NCBI GenBank assembly: GCA_050250895.1
Contig: JBFWNU010000003.1
Location: 778,109 to 842,108 of the forward strand
From: Vulcanimicrobiota bacterium
GTDB taxonomy: Bacteria > Vulcanimicrobiota > Xenobia > Xenobiales > JADMJV01
Length of the DNA: 64,000 nt
Direction: 5' to 3'
The translations under genes were made by a program, and so were the position numbers. The first letter of the stretch is position 1, and every line of letters begins with the position of its first letter. Of the stretch, positions 38,307-47,857 are shown piece after piece. Below the pieces are notes generated by a model that was given only the letters and a program-made list of their open reading frames with translations, did no database searches and had not been told where the DNA came from.

Positions 38307-41300
38307 TTAATGGGGAGCGGGGAGGGCGTCGCTCCGGCCCTCCCCGGCCGCCGGGCGGCTCAGGCCCAGTAGTCTCGTCAAGCCGAGCATGCGGCGTTCG
38401 AGGACGATACCCAACCCGATCAGGGTGATCCCGACCAGGGCGGCGGTCAGCTGCCACGGTAGCATCACTCCGATCTTGGCGGCCCGGAGCAACATCTCGG
38501 CCAGGAGTCCAAGGCTACCCCCGGCGATTAGCGAGCGACTGCCCAGACCAACCCCCGCGACCAGCAAGAGGGTGCCGGCCAGGGCCACGAACAGAGCGTG
38601 GCCCAGGTGGTTGACCGAAGCCAGCCAGGGTCCACCCAACAGCACCAGTTGTCCGAGGGCCAGACCTGCCGGGGAAGACTCGGGTTGCTCGCGCGTGCGC
38701 AACCACAGGGCCCAGCCGATCAACCACAGGGCCGGCGGGGTGGTCTGGAGTTCGAGCAGAGCACCCCAGCCAAGCCAGTCGAGATAGCCGAGATAGCCAA
38801 ACAGGAAGGCCGGGATGTGATTCCACCGACCCAGTCCCGCCAGGCCCCGCACGGTGAACGCCAAGCAGGCCAGTCCCAGGACCATCGCTCCCTGACCAAA
38901 TCCGCTCAACGCGACCAGAGCAGCCAGCGTCAGGCTCAGACCGTCGAGAGCCGACTTGCGGTCGCTCTGCGAGTGACTGGCCAGGGCCTGGGCCGTCGCC
39001 AGCAGAGCCAGCCAGGCAGCTTGCGACGCGTGTTTCAGAAGAGGCCCTGGCCCCACCGCCAGCAGCAATTGTCCGACCACCAAGAGCGGGGTCGAGCGGC
39101 GCTGCCAGCCTAGCCAGGACAGGGCCAGGCCGTAAGTCAGCAGGGTCGCGGCGCCCAGCTGGGGGGTCTGAACCAGGCCGGCCGCCAGCACCAGGGTGGC
39201 CGTCAGGCCCGCGTAGGTTTGCCAGCGTTTACCACCGCAGAAGATCATCAGGTTGAACAGCCACCAACTGACGAATGCGGCCGTCTGCGGAACCTCCACC
39301 AGTTGCAGGACGCCAAGCCAGGCCAGCCCGGCCGCGACCCAGGCGAGACCCGCGCTTTCGGAGCACTCTTCCCGACGGGCATAGAGGGCGGCCGCTACCA
39401 GGCAGACCAGAGTGAGGCTGGACCAGGTCGAGTGGGGGACACCCACCAGCAGTAAGAGCATGGCCCCCCGGCCACCCCACAGGCTCGACTTTCCTCGGGC
39501 CCCCAGAAGCCAGGCCAGCACGGGGAGGACCGCCAACCAGGGGTGGGTGGTCAAGAACGGGATGAGCCCGCTCCAGATGAGTCCGGCCACGGGTTGTCCT
39601 GCGGCCAGGGTCAGCCCCGCCAGGCAGAGGACGACGGCCAACCCCGCAGGGCCGCTTCCGAAGAGAGCGATGCCGAGCGGCGGCACCAGCAAGGCGGACG
39701 CCAGCGACAGTGCTCGGCTAGACTCGAAACGCCGGGCCGCCCAGGCGAAGCCAGCGCTATAGAGGGCAAGCGTGCCTACGGATAGGGGCGCCTGATCGAG
39801 AGTGAGGAGTTCGAGCGCGCAAAGTAGCCCGCTCAGGCCGAAAGTGCAGCGCGCCAGCGGGCCTCGCCAGGCGGTGGGAAGGCTCAGGGCCAGACCGGCC
39901 GCGCCTGCCAACAGAGGGGCGAAGGCCAGGACCCAGTGGTCGATGGCTGCCCGGGGATAGACAACACAGGCGTAGGCCAGGCTCGCCAGGGGAGCGGCCA
40001 GATAGAGCCACTCGGTCCGGCCGCCTCGATTGGCAACCAGCACTACAATGGCTGCGGCCGCCAGATAGGCCAACGCCGCCAGGCTGGGTGCCAGCAACCC
40101 GGCCAGCTGGAAGCAGCCGGTCGCGGTGGCGCACAGGATAGTAAGGCAGAGGCTGTCGTTGCCCAGGCGTGGCCACCAGGCCAACCCCGCCGGCAGGACC
40201 AGCAACAAAAGGGGATAGACCTCGGGATGAGGCCGAGCTACCAGCACGGCTGCCATCAAGGCTGCGTAGGCCGCCGAGGCTGTGGCCGCGTGCCCCAACT
40301 GAGGCTGCTGGTTGACGTGGCTGGCCAGCGCATAGTAGCCCGCCGCCACGCAGCCTAAGAGCATACCGGTCAACAGATCCAGGCAGCCGACCCGGGCGAA
40401 ATTGTCGAGCAGGTCCGGCCAGGTGGCCAGCAGCATCACCAGGGCCAGCAACGAGGTAGTGACCTCCCCGGCCAGGGTGCGCGAGGTGGCGATGAGTCCC
40501 TCGTCCTGAGATAGGCGGCCGCCCGCCGAGTAGACTCCGCTGAGAATGAGCAAGCCGCACGCCGCCGAGGCGATGGGTAGACCCATCACAAAGACCAGCA
40601 AGAAGCAGCCTCCCACCCCGACGACGGCCGAGCCCCACAGGGCACGCACTTCTCCCAGCAAATAGCCGGTCACCGCGAAGAAGGTGGCCCCGAGCAAGAA
40701 GAGCAGGACCGGAGTGAAGTCGCCGGTCGTCAGCAGCCGAGGTACCGAGGCGACCACTCCGAGCAGTCCCAGCAGGTGGCTCATCAACTCATAGTGGCGG
40801 CTGTGGGGCAACTGCTCGCGGGCCACGCGAAGATAGAAGGCTCCGCAGCCGAAGCAGAAGAGTCCCAGCACCAGCGAGGGCTGGCCCAACCAATTGCCGA
40901 GCGCGTGGCCGCTCAAGACCAGCGACAGGGTGCCCAGATAGATGCAACTGAGTTCGCCCACCAGCGACGATTGCCACAGCAGGACCGCGGCCGTGACAGC
41001 AAAGGAAAAGCAGGCCCATAGGTCTGGCTCGACCGCCAGCCCGGCCACCGAGAAGTGGTTGAGAGCGATCATTCCGGTCGGCAGCAGCATGGCCGCCAAC
41101 ACGCACAACAAGCGACTCGAAAGCGGCAGGGTTTCGCGCAACTTGCGGGCCAGGGCAAAACAAGCGGCGGGCGAGAGGGTCATCAACAGGGCTACCATCT
41201 GGCGGCCCACTCCATTCCACTGGCTGCGCAGGTAGCCGATGCCCGCCGAAACTAGCAGTAGCGCTCCGAGCGTGTGAAACCAGCGGATATTGCTCTCCTC

Positions 41301-41594
41301 CAGGATGTTGGCCCAGGGACGGCTGGCGGGCGTGGGAGTCTCGACTGGCGGAACCTCGGGCTCGGCCACGACCTGGACCGGTGCCGCCACCGGCTTGAGC
41401 AACCTGGCCTTGCGAGTGGAGTAGAGGTCGACCACTCGCCGGGAGTTCTCGGGATCGAGCCAGTCCCAGCGCTTGACTTCGCTCAGCAGGTAGTCGACTT
41501 GAGCCACCGCTCGGGCGCGCGAAAGCCCGGCCGCTTGGCCGCACCCGGGGCATTCGCGATAGTAGCCTTCGAACTCACAATTCCAGCATCGCCT
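38307..41594 (-). CDS. Large polytopic membrane protein (DUF2157-like) with N-terminal zinc ribbon
   Basis: Long hydrophobic ORF; frame stays open upstream of GTG 41507 through CWNC..CPGC to an AGG codon at 41592-41594. Confidence 0.78.
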   Translation of the reverse strand, partial: RRCWNCEFEGYYRECPGCGQAAGLSRARAVAQVDYLLSEVKRWDWLDPENSRRVVDLYSTRKARLLKPVAAPVQVVAEPEVPPVETPTPASRPWANILEESNIRWFHTLGALLLVSAGIGYLRSQWNGVGRQMVALLMTLSPAACFALARKLRETLPLSSRLLCVLAAMLLPTGMIALNHFSVAGLAVEPDLWACFSFAVTAAVLLWQSSLVGELSCIYLGTLSLVLSGHALGNWLGQPSLVLGLFCFGCGAFYLRVAREQLPHSRHYELMSHLLGLLGVVASVPRLLTTGDFTPVLLFLLGATFFAVTGYLLGEVRALWGSAVVGVGGCFLLVFVMGLPIASAACGLLILSGVYSAGGRLSQDEGLIATSRTLAGEVTTSLLALVMLLATWPDLLDNFARVGCLDLLTGMLLGCVAAGYYALASHVNQQPQLGHAATASAAYAALMAAVLVARPHPEVYPLLLLVLPAGLAWWPRLGNDSLCLTILCATATGCFQLAGLLAPSLAALAYLAAAAIVVLVANRGGRTEWLYLAAPLASLAYACVVYPRAAIDHWVLAFAPLLAGAAGLALSLPTAWRGPLARCTFGLSGLLCALELLTLDQAPLSVGTLALYSAGFAWAARRFESSRALSLASALLVPPLGIALFGSGPAGLAVVLCLAGLTLAAGQPVAGLIWSGLIPFLTTHPWLAVLPVLAWLLGARGKSSLWGGRGAMLLLLVGVPHSTWSSLTLVCLVAAALYARREECSESAGLAWVAAGLAWLGVLQLVEVPQTAAFVSWWLFNLMIFCGGKRWQTYAGLTATLVLAAGLVQTPQLGAATLLTYGLALSWLGWQRRSTPLLVVGQLLLAVGPGPLLKHASQAAWLALLATAQALASHSQSDRKSALDGLSLTLAALVALSGFGQGAMVLGLACLAFTVRGLAGLGRWNHIPAFLFGYLGYLDWLGWGALLELQTTPPALWLIGWALWLRTREQPESSPAGLALGQLVLLGGPWLASVNHLGHALFVALAGTLLLVAGVGLGSRSLIAGGSLGLLAEMLLRAAKIGVMLPWQLTAALVGITLIGLGIVLERRMLGLTRLLGLSRPAAGEGRSDALPAPH

Positions 41595-41641
41595 GCGACC
41601 ATTTTAGCGGTTGTCCGCGACCGGGCCGCGGGGCGTCTGAC

Positions 41642-42884
41642 CTATTCTTGGAAGCGCCGGCCCTCCGGATCTTCGAAGGTCAGACCATCGGCCGCCTCGC
41701 CCTCGATCCGCAGATAGCCCTCGTGCACGTTCTTGTGGCAGGCGGTGCAGAGGAAGACCAGGTTCTTGGGTACAGTTGGACCGTCAGCGGCGTAGTAGCG
41801 ATATGGTGGGCGTGCAACCAGATGTGCGAGTCCCCCCAGCGGCGCGGCGCGCAGCGACGGTAGGGGATGATGAGAACGTCAGTCTCGTGACGGTTAAGCT
41901 TCCCGGCCGATCGTTCTCATCATTCCCGTCAAGCCGCGGCCGGGGGGACGCCCTTGGGTTGGGACAGTCGGGATCTGGCAGCAGTAGCAGTCGCGAACCT
42001 TAAGATACTCGGTTTGGCGGGCGTCAAGCCCCGCGCGCCCGGGTTGAAAGCGAGTCGCCAGTGCGGTTTAGCCCGGCGGACCAGCTGCGCCTCGGCGTCG
42101 GGGCAATCTTCCCTGGCGAAGGCGGTGGTTGCCTCGAACAACTCCTCGTCCCGCGTGGGACCCAGTCCCCTCTCGGCGGCCAACTCGCGGGCCACGGTCA
42201 GGGGCTTCTCGAGACGTCGCTCGCGACTGGCTAAGACTCTGATCGCCTGAGCCCGCATCCTCTCGAGGTCTTCTTCGCTGACCGGCCGTGTTTGCAGGCG
42301 CTCGGCGAACAGCAGGGCGATCGCCTCGCCGAATTCGACTTTGCGGCCCATCTCGAGCGACAGCGATTGCAGTCCCAGTCGCACCAGTTCACGATTTTCG
42401 GGCGTTAAACGAAGGGTGAGTTCTTCGCACTCGGCCTGGGTGGGACCAGCTTCGCCGGGCAGACCTCCTGGTGGCGTGAGGGTGACGAGTTCGGCAATCG
42501 TGGTGGCGTTATAGCGCGAGGCGAGCTCCAGCCAGAGCGCCTCGGTGTCAGGACTGGCTTTGCTCAGATTTCACGCAGCTTGGCCCAGCCGATGCGCCCC
42601 TCTTCTGCGGCTCTTGTGAGCAGGGGTAGGTCTTCGAGCAGGCGCGCCACGCGACGGCAGGTGGTGGCTTCTTTCTTGCTGAGGCCGAGCACGCGAATGG
42701 CGTAGTGGATGGGGCTGCTGCAGCCGTAGTCACGATAATGTCTGGTCGCCTGCAGAACCAGCAGGCAGCGACCGATGAGCAGCCGGAAGTGGACCAGGCC
42801 CGTGGCCGCTCGGCGGGCGAGGTCGTGGAGAGCTTTGGGGGCAAGATTTGAGAGGGATTCGCGGTTCCATTGAGAGGTGTTCAT
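41642..42884 (-). pseudogene. DUF222-like/HNH endonuclease pseudogene (several frameshifts and an insertion)
   Basis: Pieces in different frames: 'GRIGWAKLREI' / 'SKASPDTEALWL..FNPGARGLTPA' / 'RDCYCCQIP' / 'DCPN' [insert] 'HIWLHAHHI' / 'YYAADGPTVPKNLVFLCTACHKNVHEG..RRFQE*'. Confidence 0.85.
41830..41949. mobile_element. 120-bp fold-back (MITE-like) insertion inside the HNH domain
   Basis: Terminal IR GTCCCCCC/GGGGGGAC; inner perfect IR ATGATGAGAACG (41867-41878) / CGTTCTCATCAT (41912-41923); interrupts the CPN|HIWL motif. Confidence 0.62.
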
Positions 42885-42947
42885 TCTTGGATTTTACCGG
42901 ACCGGCCGGCGTTCGAGCAAAAGATCGAACAGGTTTGAATGGCTTGG

Positions 42948-43310
42948 TTATAGGGTTTGATGGCTGTCTGCGCGATGATGTCCGGGGCTTGGAGGGGGGC
43001 GAATGAAAATGTTCGAGCCGATAGACTCCAAGTACAACATGATTCGCCAGGCGTCGAATCGTTCCGATGAGGTCAACTGCCGGTGCACATCAACCAGAAC
43101 CTCGTCCTCGTCGTGGAAGGCCAAACCGCCTCCGTGCCTTTGAAATCGCCAGGGTCGCCCCTCCAACTCGACCTGTCCCCGCCGGGGGGCATCGAGTAGC
43201 CAGTCGAAATCCGCGACTCCGGGGAAAGCGGCCCGGAACGCAGCCACGAGAGCAATCTGCAAAGCCACAAATTGCCTCAGGCTGGCCAAAAGACCGTCAT
43301 CGTCGCTCAA
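42948..43310 (-). CDS. Hypothetical protein (DUF6896-like)
   Basis: 'WRFQRHGGGLAF..VLVDVH..FDAWRI..YLES'; TTG just after the upstream stop. Confidence 0.6.
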   Translation of the reverse strand: MSDDDGLLASLRQFVALQIALVAAFRAAFPGVADFDWLLDAPRRGQVELEGRPWRFQRHGGGLAFHDEDEVLVDVHRQLTSSERFDAWRIMLYLESIGSNIFIRPPPSPGHHRADSHQTL

Positions 43311-43315
43311 ACGAC

Positions 43316-43804
43316 TTAACCTTTCCGCGCTGCCTGGATCGTGGCGACATCGATCTTCTTCATCGTCAACATCGCTTTCATCACGCGCTCCCGTGTGGCT
43401 GGATCGGGATCCGCCATGCCATCGGTCAAAGCCCGCGGAGTGATTTGCCACGAAAAGCCCCATTTGTCTTTGCACCAGCCGCAAGCGCTCTCCTGGCCGC
43501 CGTTGCCGACGATGGCGTTCCAAAGCCGGTCGGTCTCGGCCTGGTCGTCAGTATGGATCTGCAGTGAGTAGCTCTCGTTCGGCTTGAATTCGGGTCCGCC
43601 GTTAAGGGCACAGAAAGGCAATCCGCAGATGGTGAAGGGGATGGTGAGTGCATCGCCCTTCTGGCCGCCGGGAAAGTCCGCGGCGGCCCGCTGAACCGGG
43701 CCCATTTCACTGGCGGGGAAGGTCTCGGTGTAGAATCTCGCGGCCTCCTCGCCGTCTTTGTCGAACCAGAGAAAGATGGTGGCTTTGTCAGTCTTATGCA
43801 TCAT
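43316..43804 (-). CDS. VOC family protein (PhnB / 3-demethylubiquinone-9 3-methyltransferase-like)
   Basis: 'FLWFD..EEAARFY', 'ALNGGP', 'CGWCKDKWGFSWQI', 'MKKID'. Confidence 0.92.
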   Translation of the reverse strand: MMHKTDKATIFLWFDKDGEEAARFYTETFPASEMGPVQRAAADFPGGQKGDALTIPFTICGLPFCALNGGPEFKPNESYSLQIHTDDQAETDRLWNAIVGNGGQESACGWCKDKWGFSWQITPRALTDGMADPDPATRERVMKAMLTMKKIDVATIQAARKG

Positions 43805-43806
43805 GT

Positions 43807-44208
43807 CTACCCGGCCTCCTGACTCATCCACATCGGCTCCCAGATATGGCCGTCGGGGTCCTCGAACGACCGCCCATACATGAAGCCGGCATCCTGTTTC
43901 GGACAGGGATCGGCGGCACCGCCCGCCTGGACGGCCTGGCCCACGATGTCGTCGACGGCCTGGCGGCTGTCCCGGCTGATGCAGAGCAAGACCTGAGCCT
44001 GGCTTTTGGCGTCAACGATGGCTTTGTCGGTGAAGGTCTTCCAGAAATCCCGGGTTAACAGCATAACGTAGATGGTGTCCGAGAGAACCATCGCGGCCGC
44101 CTGGTCGTTGGTGAACTTGGGTTCGTTCCTAAATCCCACCGCCTGATAGAAGGCCTTGGACTTCTCCAGGTCCTTTACGGGCAGGTTTACGAAGATCATC
44201 TGTGACAT
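43807..44208 (-). CDS. VOC family glyoxalase-like protein
   Basis: 'MIFVNLPVKDLEKSKAFY', 'FMYGRSFEDPDGHIWE'. Confidence 0.92.
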   Translation of the reverse strand: MSQMIFVNLPVKDLEKSKAFYQAVGFRNEPKFTNDQAAAMVLSDTIYVMLLTRDFWKTFTDKAIVDAKSQAQVLLCISRDSRQAVDDIVGQAVQAGGAADPCPKQDAGFMYGRSFEDPDGHIWEPMWMSQEAG

Positions 44209-44419
44209 GAGCACCCCTGGGGACGAAGATGTGCGAAGAGTTCAATCCTTACGGTCCGGGGCCTGCCCACCCAGACTGGTATGAAACTCCTCCCAAAATG
44301 TCGTGCATCGTTGCAACCCCTCCACGACTTGCTCCTGAGTCGCCAGATGATCCTGTAGTAGAGCGTTCGCTTTCTGGGCCAGACCAATCATCTGGCTCAC
44401 GACCCCCGAGTCGAGGTCG

Positions 44420-44866
44420 TCAAATTCCCGAGCCGTGGCCAGAAGAACGTCTCTCTCGAGGCGGAGGGTGTTGAGGGTCCAGGGATCTTGATGGATGCCC
44501 ACCGGCCGCAGCGGGCCGGGAGGGTCCCTCGCCGAGACAATAGCGGCATCCTCGCTTGGAGAACCCAACCCTGACTCGCAAGCCCGGGTAATACCAGGTC
44601 TCGTCTTCGAGCAGTCGCCCGGCGGGTGGGCCGAAGCTTGCAACCAGGCCGGTCAGCGTCGCGTCAGCCTTGAGGGTCTCGCCGTTGACGAGCTTCAGAC
44701 TGTCGCCGCCGAGAACCTTCTCCACCCGGCGGCCCGAGTCGATGATGACGGTGGGACACGGCTCATAATAGAGAATCACCTCGACCCCCAGCGACATTCG
44801 CTCGCTTGGAAGACCGCGGGCTTCCACCACCTGCCGCTCGCTAATGCCGAGGGTCACTCCACTCAC
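44420..44866 (-). CDS. Hypothetical protein
   Basis: Twice-repeated 'V...GxP....YY' pattern; follows the upstream ORF on the same strand; C-terminus uncertain. Confidence 0.55.
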   Translation of the reverse strand: MSGVTLGISERQVVEARGLPSERMSLGVEVILYYEPCPTVIIDSGRRVEKVLGGDSLKLVNGETLKADATLTGLVASFGPPAGRLLEDETWYYPGLRVRVGFSKRGCRYCLGEGPSRPAAAGGHPSRSLDPQHPPPRERRSSGHGSGI

Positions 44867-44877
44867 GGTTGCGGTCC

Positions 44878-45117
44878 TCAGGGGCTCTCTCCCGGCAGCT
44901 CAGATTGGCGCCATCTGGTGAGTTGCCAGAAATACAGGCAGTCGATGCCGCGGGTCTTGGCCAGTTCGTTCAACCGCTCCGCTTCCTCCTGAGCCGCCTC
45001 CATGGTCGGATGGATTTCCTTGACGGTGACGGCGGACTCCGGCTCTTCCCAATCGATCGTCCGCGAGTCCAGGCGGATCACGGCATAGAGGTGGGTCACG
45101 GTGCGCTGGCTGGGCAT
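44878..45117 (-). CDS. Small hypothetical protein (79 aa)
   Basis: ATG after GGAG and TATACT; divergent from the MNT-HEPN gene. Confidence 0.68.
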   Translation of the reverse strand: MPSQRTVTHLYAVIRLDSRTIDWEEPESAVTVKEIHPTMEAAQEEAERLNELAKTRGIDCLYFWQLTRWRQSELPGESP

Positions 45118-45127
45118 AGCCACTCCA

Positions 45128-45157
45128 GTATACCCTTCTTGAGGGTGATGGTATACT
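45128..45157. promoter_or_regulatory. Back-to-back TATACT -10 elements forming an inverted repeat (AGTATACC..GGTATACT)
   Basis: Lies between divergent starts at 45117 and 45164. Confidence 0.55.
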
Positions 45158-45163
45158 CAGGAG

Positions 45164-45976
45164 GTGGACGCCCTGGCCAGATGCATCGAGCAAGCCTGCA
45201 CCGAACCGCTTGAGCTCATCGTGCTCTATGGCTCGACGGCTCGTGGACAGGCCACCGCCGAGAGTGACCTCGACCTGGCTTTGCTACCACGCAATCCGCT
45301 CGGAGGTGTTCGTGACCTTGACCGTCTCACCAGCCGAGTTTGTCGCGAGATGGGCAGGGGAGACCTGGACCTTGCCTGGCTCCCGAACGCCTCGTGGTTG
45401 CTCTGGCAAGAGATTGCCCGCGATGGACAAATCCTCTTTCAAAGCCGTCCCGAGGCGCCGGCTCGGTTCCGGGCCGAAGCGGCTCTGCGGGTGGCCGAGG
45501 CCTTCCCCTGGCGCTATCGCGACCGCCGATTCGTTTCCAGATTTTTGCAGGGAGAGACCTTCGTGAACGATAGCCTGGTGTGGCGCAAACTGGCGATGAT
45601 GGCGCAGTATCTCGGCGAACTCCAGCCGGTTCTCGCCCTGGGACAAGAACGATTCCTTAGCGACCCGATGGTTCATCACGCGGCCGAACGCCTGGTGGAG
45701 CTTCTGGTCGAAGCCAGCGCCTCGATCAACAACGAGGTGGCTCAAGCAGTTGCCGGTATCCCGCCGTCTGACGATTACAGTTCTTTCTTTTCGATGGCCA
45801 ATTCTGGGTGGGTCGAGCGCGCCGTGCTCGAGCGACTGGCGGATTGGGCACGCATCCGCGATGCGCTGGTCCATCGCTACGAGGACGTGGCTCTGCCTGA
45901 GTTGTGGGAACGTCTTACCGCCTCGACTCCCGATTGGAAGACCTACCTGGCTCAAGTGCAGCAACGTCTCGACTAG
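45164..45976 (+). CDS. Fused MntA-type nucleotidyltransferase antitoxin + HepT-type HEPN toxin (type VII TA-like)
   Basis: GS-X10-DXD ('GSTARGQATAESDLD') and R-X4-H-X-Y ('RDALVHRY') in one frame; internal GGGAGAG + GTG at 45563. Confidence 0.85.
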   Translation: MDALARCIEQACTEPLELIVLYGSTARGQATAESDLDLALLPRNPLGGVRDLDRLTSRVCREMGRGDLDLAWLPNASWLLWQEIARDGQILFQSRPEAPARFRAEAALRVAEAFPWRYRDRRFVSRFLQGETFVNDSLVWRKLAMMAQYLGELQPVLALGQERFLSDPMVHHAAERLVELLVEASASINNEVAQAVAGIPPSDDYSSFFSMANSGWVERAVLERLADWARIRDALVHRYEDVALPELWERLTASTPDWKTYLAQVQQRLD

Positions 45977-46041
45977 CGAATGTTTGTCTTCTTGTTTGCC
46001 CTCGCCGGTCGTGCTACCCTGTGGCGAGACTGGAGGTCAAC

Positions 46042-46359
46042 ATGATTCCGAAGCGACGCCCCAAGAGAGAATTGGTCGACTATCTGCGCCAGCTGGACGC
46101 CAGTGACGAGTATCCCGACGTGCCCCCTGAGCTGACCGTCATCGACAGTGTCGAGGGCTTGACGGTGCGCCTGCAGGATCCCGAGCGGGCGCTAGACGAC
46201 TACCTGGCGGCCATGCGCGGCGAGCGGGGCGACGTGCCGGCGGTGATGGCTCGCAATGCCGGCCTGGTGGTGGCGCATCTCGAAGGCGCTCTCAGCTCGT
46301 TGGAGCACTTCCAGGCGCTGGTAGATTATCAACGCGACTGTTGGACGGTGCGTAACTGA
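46042..46359 (+). CDS. Hypothetical protein
   Basis: ATG after TGGAGG; host-like codon use. Confidence 0.7.
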   Translation: MIPKRRPKRELVDYLRQLDASDEYPDVPPELTVIDSVEGLTVRLQDPERALDDYLAAMRGERGDVPAVMARNAGLVVAHLEGALSSLEHFQALVDYQRDCWTVRN

Positions 46360-46975
46360 GGTCGAAGCGCTGGGTGAAGACGCTGGCGAAGCTAAAGCCG
46401 GCGACCTGCCAGAACCAGACGCTGGTGACGAGAAAGCCCAGCCCGAAGAGCAGCCCGCCAAAGGATAAGGCGAGGGCCGACAGGGCGATGCCCCAGGCCC
46501 TCCAATAAGCCAGTCCCCCCTGGAATACCCGCGAGAGAGCCCGGGCGGGATTGAAGATCTCGGCCGCCTCGAAGTTCTTGCAGTAGTGGGTCATGTAGCC
46601 CGGGATGGCCACCGTGGCTGCCAGCAACAAGACCCGGCCCGGCACCGTGTAGCCGAAGTAGAGCAGAAGGGCGCCGGGCGTGTAGTAGTAGAGCATGCCG
46701 AGGAAGGTGTAGAGGCCGTTGCGCCAGAGGCGGCCATAGTTGGTCCAGGCCGGCCACGGCTCCTGGCCGTGGTGCATGCGGTGGACCATCTCGATGCGGT
46801 GGCCCATGTTGAGGATCCAGCCGACTCCCGGCAGCAGCAACAGCAGGGCCGCTCCCCAGAGAACCTCGCGGCGGGCCGCTTCGGATTGGAGCGGAAAGCG
46901 GTAGGAGGTGGAGAGGCTGAGCGGCGAGCCCAAACGGACCCGCTCTCGTTCGAGACGGTCGAGAAAGTGACGCAC
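46292..46975 (-). CDS. DUF4013-like membrane protein
   Basis: 'YRFPL', 'PWPAWTNYGRLWRNGL' and several TM helices. Confidence 0.72.
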   Translation of the reverse strand: MRHFLDRLERERVRLGSPLSLSTSYRFPLQSEAARREVLWGAALLLLLPGVGWILNMGHRIEMVHRMHHGQEPWPAWTNYGRLWRNGLYTFLGMLYYYTPGALLLYFGYTVPGRVLLLAATVAIPGYMTHYCKNFEAAEIFNPARALSRVFQGGLAYWRAWGIALSALALSFGGLLFGLGFLVTSVWFWQVAGFSFASVFTQRFDLSYAPSNSRVDNLPAPGSAPTS

Positions 46976-47003
46976 GCCTGCTCATTCCCTGGCCGTGGCC
47001 GCC

Positions 47004-47786
47004 TCAACCCAGGTTGCAGCACACTCCCGTCAGCCCCCAAAACCAGCAGGCCCAGGTCAGCACCAGCACGAGCAAGCCGGTGGCGAAGGCAGGTAATAGG
47101 GTTTCATCCAGTTGAAGTGCTCGTTCGACCCGGGACAGGTGATGGTCGCTGGCCCAGTCGGCCAAGAGTTCGGCGGCCCGGTCGCTTTGGCCCCGGCTGC
47201 GCCCCCACTCCATCAAGCACTCGGCCACCGGGTCGTCCGGGCCCGGCAGGGGAGCCAGCCGGGCCGCCTGCCAGGGGGGCAGGCCGCAGCGAACCAGAGC
47301 CTTCACGGCCACAAAGTGGCGGGCCGTGTCGGTTAGAGGGGTGGTCGGGCCCAGGCGTCGGGCCAGCGGAGACAGGACCAGCCAGGTGACCACCGCCAGC
47401 AGCAGCAGCCAGGGCGGATCCGGCAGTTCGCCATTGTCCGACAGCAGTCGGTGAAACAGCCAGAGGAACTTCATCCCTGAGGCGCCTCCTACCGTCAGCA
47501 GGAACCAGCGGGGGCCGCGGCCCCACCAGTAGCGATCGGCGGCCGAAAGCTGGCGATCCAGGCTGAGCCATTCGGCCAGATGCGAAGAGACCTCGGCCAG
47601 GCGCCGTCCCTGGTGACCGGCCAGCGCCGTGGCCAGGGCGGGGCCGAGGGCCTCGGGATCCTCGGCGGCCTGCCGCCACACAGGCTGACCGGTTTGCTCG
47701 GCCACCATCTCGAGGGCGACCGACCGAGCCACGCCGCAGTTGGCTAGCTCGGCGAGATAACGGAGTCCGGTTTCGAGTCGTTGCAT
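47004..47786 (-). CDS. Divergent type II secretion F (GspF/PilC)-like membrane protein
   Basis: Two repeats ('LAELANCGV..ALE', 'ALVRCGLP..AA'), each followed by TM helices. Confidence 0.5.
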   Translation of the reverse strand: MQRLETGLRYLAELANCGVARSVALEMVAEQTGQPVWRQAAEDPEALGPALATALAGHQGRRLAEVSSHLAEWLSLDRQLSAADRYWWGRGPRWFLLTVGGASGMKFLWLFHRLLSDNGELPDPPWLLLLAVVTWLVLSPLARRLGPTTPLTDTARHFVAVKALVRCGLPPWQAARLAPLPGPDDPVAECLMEWGRSRGQSDRAAELLADWASDHHLSRVERALQLDETLLPAFATGLLVLVLTWACWFWGLTGVCCNLG

Positions 47787-47857
47787 GCCAGCCAGACGAG
47801 ATTGCCCAGGGCAAAAGTTCACAAGGAGCCGTTCTCTTCTGGTCGAAGGCCAGGCCT

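Noticed and set aside
44242-44643. 133-aa minus-strand ORF
   Set aside because: Only the last ~75 aa look protein-like; it has no credible start and overlaps 44420-44866; possibly a fragment.
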